From Pseudobacteriovorax sp. (lineage in GTDB: Bacteria; Bdellovibrionota_B; Oligoflexia; Oligoflexales; Oligoflexaceae): DNA of 19,103 nt. Positions 1-6,539 of the stretch are shown piece by piece. The notes below the pieces were generated by a model that was not told the DNA's origin, searched no databases, and was given only the letters and a program-made list of their open reading frames with translations. Position 1 is the first letter of the stretch; each line of letters starts with the position of its first letter. The stretch is taken from NCBI GenBank assembly GCA_050293845.1, contig JBNKNM010000100.1, positions 1 to 19,103 on the forward strand, in the 5' to 3' direction. The translations under genes and the position numbers were made by a program.

Positions 1-590
1 TCATGAAGCATAGCTGATGGAAATTCCGCAGGAAATGTATTTCTGAATTGTTGAATAATCCATTCTTTATTAGGAGTCGCAGTCACGTTAATTAAAATCA
101 ATTTACGTGACGGAATTTCAATAATTGCGAAAATAAACAGCTGGACACCCTTGCTATCAAAGACCATCGTGAAATCCATCGCCCCATAGCGTTTGTAGCT
201 ATCTAGAACTGAACTCCAATTTGGTGGACAAAACTTAGTTTTTGGCGGTACATAACTGCTCTCTCTAAGAATTTTTAAGACTGTTTTCTTCGAAACCGAG
301 ATACCTAAAATCTTTAACTCATCAGAAATTCGTTGTGCACCCCAAAGCCAGTTACAACGCTTCATCTCAATGACTAGATCGACAACATTTTCGTGATCTG
401 TTGGCCTGCCTTTAGGCTTTTTTGAGCACCAAATGATCTTCAGTCTCCGCTTAAACCGCCGGTAGGTACCAACAATCAAAAGGATTGGATATGGATTTAC
501 AAAGTAATTCCATAGATCCTGCAGCAATTCCCACATAAGCCGCTTGAAATAATTAAATGTCCACCTGATTTTAGTCTGAAATTCTTTCAT
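1..590 (-). mobile_element. DDE integrase-core (rve) transposase, IS481/IS3-like, truncated by the left window edge
   Basis: Manual translation from ATG 590 is open to position 1: ...KPKGRPTDHENVVDLVIEMKRCNWLWGAQRISDELKILGISVSKKTVLKILRE...W...AMDFTMVFDSKGVQLFIFAIIEIPSRKLILINVTATPNKEWIIQQFRN...AMLHD. It shows GRP, the WGxxRIxxEL..VSxxTVxxIL HTH, the first catalytic D (MDF) and LHD(xD). Absent from the ORF track because there is no stop in the window. Confidence 0.88.
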
Positions 591-669
591 ATCTGACTTT
601 TTAGCATACCTGTATCAAAAATAAAAATATCTATGATATTAAAATGTTAGAGTTTCTCTCCAGCACAGG

Positions 670-756
670 AATGGCTACTAGGTCCGAGGCTCTAAGAGCT
701 GAATTAATTCCGAGAGTGAACAACGCCAGGTCTCTTGAATTATCAGCTAATAGCTT
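670..756 (-). pseudogene. Tyrosine recombinase (phage integrase family) fragment
   Basis: Inside ORF 631..819, KLLADNSRDLALFTLGINSALRASDLVAI matches box I (RD.A..........LR.SD/EL) with the catalytic Arg. HxxR and Tyr motifs are absent and the frame closes at 631. Confidence 0.75.
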
Positions 757-855
757 CTCCGTGAAATAGTCTTTTTCCATATGGAAAGCTACATGTACTC
801 GGTAAATTTGCCGCAGCAATGATAATTCTGCGACAAGGTTAACTTTCAGTTGGCA

Positions 856-883
856 TTGACATAAGAATATTATCTGATATTGT
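856..883 (+). promoter_or_regulatory. Putative sigma70 promoter for the cfa-like cassette
   Basis: TTGACA (856-861), 16 nt spacer, TATTGT (878-883) with an extended -10 TG. SD AAGGAG 911-916 precedes ATG 925. Confidence 0.5.
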
Positions 884-924
884 TACTTCGTAACGTATTT
901 TTTGGCTCAAAAGGAGTCTCAAAA

Positions 925-2148
925 ATGTTTACAAGCAAAGTATTAAAAAGTAAACCAATTCCAAATCTTGAACATTTCACTGAAATTATTGATAAGAGAA
1001 TTAGTGACAGCATTCAGGTTCCATTTAGTATCGAGCTGTGGAATGGAAGCGTATATTCATATGGATGTGGAAAGTCTCAGTTTAAAATTCTTATCAAAAA
1101 TAAAACTGGATTAGCTATTCTAAGCAGTCTAGACGAATTGCATATTAGCGAAGCATATGTGAATGAGTTAATTGACTTCGAAGGTAATATATTAAACTTA
1201 ATCGCCTTACGTAAATATCTAAAAGATACTCACAGATTAGTGCGGCTATGGCAAATTGTTATGCCTTTCCTAACCAAGACATTGCGACGAAATCGAAAAG
1301 CTATTGCTGTTCATTATGAGTATGATAATGAGTTCTATTTTTCGTTCTTAGATTCATCACGAAGCTATTCTCATGCGGTATTTACTTTCGACAACGAACC
1401 GCTGGAGGTGGCTCAAAAACGCAAATTGGAATTAGCCATTAAAGCATGTGATTTAAAGCAGGGAGATCGTGTACTAGATGTTGGTGGTGGTTGGGGATCA
1501 TTCGTTGAGCTTGCCGGTAAAAAAGGTATAGAGGTTACTTCGCTGACAATATCAAAAAACTCAGAAATCTACATACGCGAATTGATCGATAGGGAGAAGC
1601 TTCCTTGTCGAATAGAAAATATTGATTTCCTTGCCTATCATGAGAAACATTTGTACGACGCAATTGTTGTTCTTGGTGTTATGGAACATCTACCAGACTA
1701 TCAAACTGTTATTCAGAAATTTGATCGTTTGCTCAAACCAGGCGGACGAGTTTATCTGGACGCGAGCGCATCTTCACGGAAATTTGATAGCTCGACTTTT
1801 GTATCAAAGTATATCTTTCCTGGAAGACATTCATTCTTTTGCCTTCACGATTTTCTTACAAAGGTTGCAAAAGAAAATTTTGAAGTTATCTCGGTTTATA
1901 ATGATAGAAAAAACTATCTTCTCACATGTAAATCCTGGGCAGAAAATCTTGATCGACGACATGATGAGATAGCCAACCGTTGGGGTGAGCGTCTCTATCG
2001 TCTATTTAGAATCTATCTATGGGCATCAGTGTTTGGATTTCAGTCTCAAGATCTCACGGCGTACCGCGTAGTTCTTGAAAAAGCTAGAAGTACTACTCAG
2101 CTCTTGCCGCGAAATTTGGAAACACTGGACTACAAGAGTTTAGCGTAA
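925..2148 (+). CDS. cfa: Cyclopropane-fatty-acyl-phospholipid synthase family class I SAM-dependent methyltransferase
   Basis: Family motifs IAVHYE..NEFY..FLD..SYS.A.F, LEVAQKRK, VLDVGGGWG (SAM binding), GVMEHL, LLKPGG, KYIFPG, NYLLTCKSW, RLFRIYL. Start moved to ATG 925 because of AAGGAG. Exact activity is uncertain (see findings). Confidence 0.85.
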   Translation: MFTSKVLKSKPIPNLEHFTEIIDKRISDSIQVPFSIELWNGSVYSYGCGKSQFKILIKNKTGLAILSSLDELHISEAYVNELIDFEGNILNLIALRKYLKDTHRLVRLWQIVMPFLTKTLRRNRKAIAVHYEYDNEFYFSFLDSSRSYSHAVFTFDNEPLEVAQKRKLELAIKACDLKQGDRVLDVGGGWGSFVELAGKKGIEVTSLTISKNSEIYIRELIDREKLPCRIENIDFLAYHEKHLYDAIVVLGVMEHLPDYQTVIQKFDRLLKPGGRVYLDASASSRKFDSSTFVSKYIFPGRHSFFCLHDFLTKVAKENFEVISVYNDRKNYLLTCKSWAENLDRRHDEIANRWGERLYRLFRIYLWASVFGFQSQDLTAYRVVLEKARSTTQLLPRNLETLDYKSLA

Positions 2149-2173
2149 TTAAAAGTAGAAATAGGTATCGAGT

Positions 2174-3079
2174 ATGGTTGCAGGAGAATATAGTGAGGCT
2201 TTTTCTAAGATACGGCACAAGTCGGCTTTGATCGACGGTGTTCGTATTCACTGGGATATCGTAGGCAAGGAGTCTTCGCTCCCAACAGTTGTTATGTTGC
2301 ATGGTCTGAACGACAGTTCTCTGACTTGGCGTCGGGTTGCTCCTAAAATTGCCAAAGATCGTTTAGTGCTCCTTCCCGATTTACCTGGGCACGGACGATC
2401 GGATCGACCGGATGCTACTTATGAATTGTCGTGGTATGCACATATTATGTCTTTGTGGTTGAGGAATCTGGGGTACTCAGTATTTGATCTAGTTGGGCAT
2501 TCGTTTGGTGGTGGTATCGCTCTGATGATGCTCCTAGAATGTCGTGAGCTTATTAGGAGAATGGTTTTGGTTTCTTCGGGAGGCCTTGGGCGAGAAATTG
2601 CCATGATTCTGCGTTTGGCATCGATTCCATTTGTAGTGGAACATTTAGGACAACCATTCATGAAAGTTGCCACAAAGCTAGCGTTAACACTCGCGCGTGA
2701 TGGTAGGCCCTACGAAGATATCGCACAACTTAGTGCGCTAAGTGGTAAACGAGGATCGGCACGAGCCTTTGCGCGAACGGTCGATGATATTATTAATTGG
2801 CGTGGGCAAAAACACACCTACATCCAGCGAGTTCAGGAAGTTCCTGAACTACCACCCGTCCTGATTATGTGGGGTGCGCTAGACTCCATTATTCCAATTG
2901 CTCACGGTAAGCGCATGGTGAAAAACTTTGAAGGCATTCAATTAAAGATTTTTGAAGATTGCGGTCACTATCTACACTTCAACAAGCCTGAGCTCTTTGT
3001 TAAAACATTGCACAATTTTCTCCAGTCCCCCTATTTGCCTCCAGCTCACCTCAAAACGGCATTAATGTCGAGTCAGTAA
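2174..3079 (+). CDS. Alpha/beta fold hydrolase (Abhydrolase_1-like)
   Basis: MLHG oxyanion motif, DLPGHGRS, nucleophile elbow GHSFGG, acid WGALD, His in CGHY. Starts 25 nt after the cfa-like stop. Confidence 0.92.
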   Translation: MVAGEYSEAFSKIRHKSALIDGVRIHWDIVGKESSLPTVVMLHGLNDSSLTWRRVAPKIAKDRLVLLPDLPGHGRSDRPDATYELSWYAHIMSLWLRNLGYSVFDLVGHSFGGGIALMMLLECRELIRRMVLVSSGGLGREIAMILRLASIPFVVEHLGQPFMKVATKLALTLARDGRPYEDIAQLSALSGKRGSARAFARTVDDIINWRGQKHTYIQRVQEVPELPPVLIMWGALDSIIPIAHGKRMVKNFEGIQLKIFEDCGHYLHFNKPELFVKTLHNFLQSPYLPPAHLKTALMSSQ

Positions 3080-3136
3080 GAGGAACTTCCCCTCGAACTG
3101 CTTCCAGATCCGTACATGAACTTCTGATAATCGGCA
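3067..3136 (-). mobile_element. Group II intron 3' end remnant (eroded domain V plus domain VI)
   Basis: Minus strand reads GCCGATTATCAGAAGTTCATGTACGGATCTGGAAG-CAGTTCGAGG-GGAAGTT-CCTCTTACTG-A-CTCGAC: the DV 3' arm (TTCAYGTACGGATCTG), a DVI hairpin, a candidate bulged branch A and the typical ACYCGAY terminus. No RT ORF nearby. Confidence 0.75.
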
Positions 3137-3399
3137 GTACAATTCCAAAAATGGTCTTTGAGGAAATAACCAAATCAGAGATAATGACTAAAGCTAGGAA
3201 AATCACCCAGTTCTATTGAATCCGGTTGAGATTGGGAAGCTCGTTGATGATGCAAAGCAGATGGGAATTTCCGATCCTTCAGAAATCAAGGAGTATGCAA
3301 AGGAACTACCGAACCTTGAGCAGAGGATTCCCGAGAGCGAATCTGTCAAAACTCACTAGTTGAAAGATGTCTTCCGATACTGAAACGCGGAGGTATATA

Positions 3400-3566
3400 A
3401 TGGACACTTGGTATAAGGAGATAACTCATTGTATTCACTGCGAATCAGAGGAATTCAATTCGATAGGCAATACTATTTTTGGCTATCAGCGCAATGAGTG
3501 TGGTGATTGTCATCGAACTTTCAATGAAAGATCAATACCCCGTTCAATCACCTGGAAATACAGACT
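3400..3566 (+). pseudogene. IS6/IS1-type transposase N-terminal zinc-ribbon fragment, frameshifted
   Basis: CIHCESEEFNSIGNTIFGYQRNECGDCHRTFNERS; after a 1-nt slip near 3535 it continues TPFNHLEIQT. This restores the CxxC..G.QR..CxxC..FNERxxTPFNxL signature. Confidence 0.72.
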
Positions 3567-3661
3567 TTCAATTGGCTATCGAGAAAAGTCAGCTTCCCTC
3601 AAACTCATATCTTTTCATTGATAACAACAAAGGTAACCTTGTGGAAGATGAAAAAATTGGG
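3566..3661 (+). pseudogene. HAD-superfamily phosphatase C-terminal fragment
   Basis: FQLAIEKSQLPSNSYLFIDNNKGNLVEDEKIG resembles HAD motif IV (F..A.......LFIDD...N...A...G). No DxD motif I upstream. Confidence 0.5.
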
Positions 3662-3786
3662 GAGCTGTGGCCTTCTCAAACATTCCGCCGCGCGTGGAGT
3701 ACACCTTGTTACTGCAGATATTTCGCAGAAGTTTTGAAAGCACTTACCAGCACTGTATAAAGATTTGGAGGAAAACCTCACCAAGC

Positions 3787-3944
3787 GATTACATTGAAAC
3801 TTAGAGCTTAAGGTCGAGATTGAGACTCCTGTATTTAAAGACTCTTCGCGACTGCTAAATTAACGCAAGCTTTATGGTTGGTTGTGAGTAGAAACTAATG
3901 GCTCAATCTCAGATGACTGCCACTGCTCAACTTCCCATACCACC
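3787..3944 (+). mobile_element. Possible eroded IS1/IS6-type transposase C-terminus and right terminal repeat
   Basis: Broken frame DYIET*SLRSRLRLLYLKTLR/TAKLTQA resembles the IE....LR.RL....KT tail. AACTTCCCATACCACC (3929-3944, reverse GGTGGTATGGGAAGTT) starts like IS1/IS6 ends. No matching left IR found. Confidence 0.3.
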
Positions 3945-4056
3945 TAGAAACAAGTGTGCTCTTTATGTCTCACACGTGCTAAAACATTACCTGAATCAGG
4001 TAAATCCCGCTACAGTTCTAATACTTTAACCTGCTGTTATTGCAGTAATCAATTCA

Positions 4057-4073
4057 TCGGCACAACCGTTGCT
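4057..4073 (+). promoter_or_regulatory. Sigma54 (RpoN) -24/-12 promoter
   Basis: TCGGCACAACCGTTGCT has GG-N10-GC and closely matches YTGGCACGNNNNTTGCW. It lies 36 nt upstream of ATG 4110. Confidence 0.7.
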
Positions 4074-4109
4074 TTAGTCTCTCCGTCAGTGTTAACTTGG
4101 AGACTACAC

Positions 4110-4649
4110 ATGAAAAAATCTTTACTAGCCCTAACCTTGCTTTCCTCTTCGGTTTCCGCATTAGCCGTAGAGTATAGAGATGACGAGAACGTTTCAGTTA
4201 TGAAGGGTCAACTGGTAGAAGTGGGTGAACGAAATAAGTATCACTATAACGCGCCAAAATTTAATCTTGATATCAACCCCTTTGGTATTATGGCAGGATT
4301 ATATAGTGCTTCGGCCAGTTTTGCTTTAGGAAAAATTGCTAATATACGAGGCGACGTTTCCTATAATGAGGATGATTCTACCTGGGAGATAGCATTAGGA
4401 AGCCAAATTTATTTCAGAAAGATGTATTCCGGTACTTTTCTGGAACCAGGACTTCTCAGACGTGAAAGTGACAACGTATTCGGCCCTCAGGTTCTACTTG
4501 GTTATACCTGGATTTGGGATTCTGGTATGAATGTCAGTCTAGCTGCCGGCGTTGGACGCAACCTCAATGATAACGATGATAACGATGACACCTATGACAG
4601 CAAAGATACCTTCGCAAATGGCTACTTTAGAGTTGGCTATGCGTTTTAA
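4110..4649 (+). CDS. Small outer-membrane beta-barrel protein (DUF3575-like)
   Basis: GGAG then ATG 4110, signal peptide MKKSLLALTLLSSSVSALA, amphipathic strands (LGYTWIWDSGMNVSLAAGVG) and a C-terminal beta-signal YFRVGYAF. The 3954 start in the track overlaps the promoter. Confidence 0.82.
   Translation: MKKSLLALTLLSSSVSALAVEYRDDENVSVMKGQLVEVGERNKYHYNAPKFNLDINPFGIMAGLYSASASFALGKIANIRGDVSYNEDDSTWEIALGSQIYFRKMYSGTFLEPGLLRRESDNVFGPQVLLGYTWIWDSGMNVSLAAGVGRNLNDNDDNDDTYDSKDTFANGYFRVGYAF
4567..4588 (+). repeat. 9-bp in-frame tandem repeat (ATGATAACG x2.4) encoding an acidic loop
   Basis: ATGATAACG ATGATAACG ATGA encodes NDNDDNDD. Confidence 0.6.
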
Positions 4650-4756
4650 AGGTTCTTCAAATGAACTAGCTACGGTGGCAAATTTTCTGAGATCACGGAT
4701 AGAAGTCTACCCTTGATATGCCTTTAGTTATAGTGTTTGCTTAAAATTAAGCGGTA

Positions 4757-5428
4757 TTACTGTTTTTGGAAAAGTGCCGCCATAAGCTTTTTGAAGGCTA
4801 TGGACTGGGCTACGGCATGCCCCTCTCCTGGCACGACGGTTAATTGAGATTTAATCCCGTTACGGAGCAAAGCGCTGTGGGTTTCATTTGCTTTTTTAAC
4901 CCAAATCTTCCCATCTAGGTTACCGACAAACAGCTGAACAGGAATGGATTTTAGTGCTTTCAGCCTTATTAAATCTTCTGGCTTGGCAAATCCTGGTGCC
5001 ACAGTCAGTGATGAAAAATTTTGAGGATATAGGGTGGCAACCCTGAAGGCACCAATACCGCCGTTGCTTATTCCAAATAAAGCGAACCTTATATTGCCTC
5101 GTTTAAGCTTTTTTTTAACGCGGATTAGAAGTTCGGGGATATACTGCTCTGCACCTTGAAAGAATAGCTTTCCAGGAGCCACAGGGCTGACAACTGCCAC
5201 TTGAGACTTCCGTAACTTCTGTAACCATTTTGTTATTCCTTTTTTTACCATTTGTTTGGTCCCAGGTCCTGGAGGGATTGCTAACATGAAAAATCTAGGT
5301 TTTGCAGGCAGGGATATGAGGTATTCAAGCTTGGTACCATTTTGGGTTGTGAAAGTGCTAAAAGAAATCCCACCATAACTAGGATGGGCTATTAATAGAA
5401 TCAATAAGACAGTCCATATTTTATTCAT
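4757..5428 (-). CDS. Secreted alpha/beta hydrolase (esterase/phospholipase-carboxylesterase-like)
   Basis: Signal peptide MNKIWTVLLILLIAHPSYG, GISNGG elbow, VGNLD acid, GEGH His. Confidence 0.82.
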   Translation of the reverse strand: MNKIWTVLLILLIAHPSYGGISFSTFTTQNGTKLEYLISLPAKPRFFMLAIPPGPGTKQMVKKGITKWLQKLRKSQVAVVSPVAPGKLFFQGAEQYIPELLIRVKKKLKRGNIRFALFGISNGGIGAFRVATLYPQNFSSLTVAPGFAKPEDLIRLKALKSIPVQLFVGNLDGKIWVKKANETHSALLRNGIKSQLTVVPGEGHAVAQSIAFKKLMAALFQKQ

Positions 5429-5460
5429 AAAGTCTCTCAGTGTTTAGTGTTCATAGCTTA

Positions 5461-5487
5461 TTATCGGGAGTCCCTTAAAACTATTAA
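5461..5487 (-). promoter_or_regulatory. Sigma28 (FliA)-type promoter for the esterase
   Basis: Minus strand TTAA-N15-CCCGATAA versus consensus TAAA-N15-GCCGATAA, 32 nt upstream of ATG 5428. Confidence 0.6.
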
Positions 5488-5692
5488 AGAAATAAAATTT
5501 TCTGAATTATGCTCGGGGAAAAGGAGGACTTTTGACTTCTTAGAAAGAAGCAGAACATTAAGTTGCCTATGTTTAAAAAGGTGAATCCAAGATTTATATA
5601 GCTATAGACAAATAAATGTGAATCACTCCTTGACTGCATATTTTTGTATTAGTATTTAGTAATTGGATGTTCATATTCATAAGGATACAGAT

Positions 5693-5926
5693 ATGTCTCC
5701 ACTTGTTGCTAAAATTGAAAAATTTGCAAAAAATTTTAATATTTCACCCCGAGAGACGGAGATTATTCACCAATTGGTTAGCGGTAACATCCGCTCCGAT
5801 GAGATAGCTAAAGTCTTAGGTATTTCCCCGAATACTGTTCGTATTCATATCAAGAATATCAATTTACGTGTTGGCGTGAACTCGAAGGCAGGTATCTTAA
5901 CTAGTCTCATCCGGTTTTGGCATTGA
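5693..5926 (+). CDS. Stand-alone LuxR/GerE-type HTH transcriptional regulator
   Basis: ISPRETEIIHQLVSGNIRSDEIAKVLGISPNTVRIHIKNINLRVGV. AAGGA precedes ATG 5693. No sensor or receiver domain. Confidence 0.88.
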   Translation: MSPLVAKIEKFAKNFNISPRETEIIHQLVSGNIRSDEIAKVLGISPNTVRIHIKNINLRVGVNSKAGILTSLIRFWH

Positions 5927-5967
5927 TATATTCGTTTTCTAGCCGAGCTTACTGTACAACTCATACT

Positions 5968-6363
5968 CTATCTCGTTTTTAACCAGTGGCGTTTGACAAT
6001 AGTACTGACAAACTTTTTATCAAAGGAGATGTAGTTTTTTAGATGCTCGAATGAGGATTTGGGCTCGTCATATTGCCATGCGATATGAGGAACGATAGTC
6101 GATTCAAAAATGAGGTCATAGTACTTGGCATTTCCTTTCCAAATGCAAGTGCTCCTATGGCCAGCAAGCTTTAAGTTTTTCCACATGATGCAGTCCTTAG
6201 GTAGGTACTTCTGACCCCCAAGATCCACAACACGATTGATAGGGCAAACTGCTAGTAGCAAGTCTCGCCAATAGACATAAAGAAATTTTTTATTAAAAAA
6301 TATCAAAACCCATTCCGAGTCATGCGGAAGCTTCTTACTAAGAGGGATTATTGCCGTACTCAT
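5968..6363 (-). CDS. DUF427 domain protein
   Basis: YLP..C...L....STCIWKGNAKYYDL......AWQYDEP...F..LKNYISF matches the DUF427 signature. Start codon uncertain. Confidence 0.8.
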   Translation of the reverse strand: MSTAIIPLSKKLPHDSEWVLIFFNKKFLYVYWRDLLLAVCPINRVVDLGGQKYLPKDCIMWKNLKLAGHRSTCIWKGNAKYYDLIFESTIVPHIAWQYDEPKSSFEHLKNYISFDKKFVSTIVKRHWLKTR

Positions 6364-6379
6364 TCAGATATGCAACAGT

Positions 6380-6406
6380 TTGTCGGCAGAACTTCAAAAA
6401 TCTTTA
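6380..6406 (-). promoter_or_regulatory. Sigma28 (FliA)-type promoter for the DUF427 gene
   Basis: Minus strand TAAA-GATTTTTGAAGTTCT(15)-GCCGACAA, one mismatch to consensus. Confidence 0.72.
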
Positions 6407-6539
6407 AGGTTTTTTGATTTTCGAGTTCAATAGGACTTGCGGTACTATGGTATTTATTGATAGGTACGAGAAATAATGCTTTTTTTACCCCTGCTTTACC
6501 TTGTCCTTAGGGGTGGTTATAGAAGAAAGGATTGAGGCT

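Noticed and set aside
1622..2673. Track ORFs 1622..1972, 2093..2302 and 2419..2673
   Set aside because: Shadow ORFs overlapping well-supported genes, with no motifs.
3367..3760. Track ORFs 3367..3621 and 3479..3760 as real genes
   Set aside because: Better explained as chimeras of transposase and HAD fragments in different frames.
4650..4756. Terminator between the convergent barrel and esterase genes
   Set aside because: Only weak, mismatched stems (for example ATCAcGGaTAGA/TCTAcCCtTGAT) without U-tracts.
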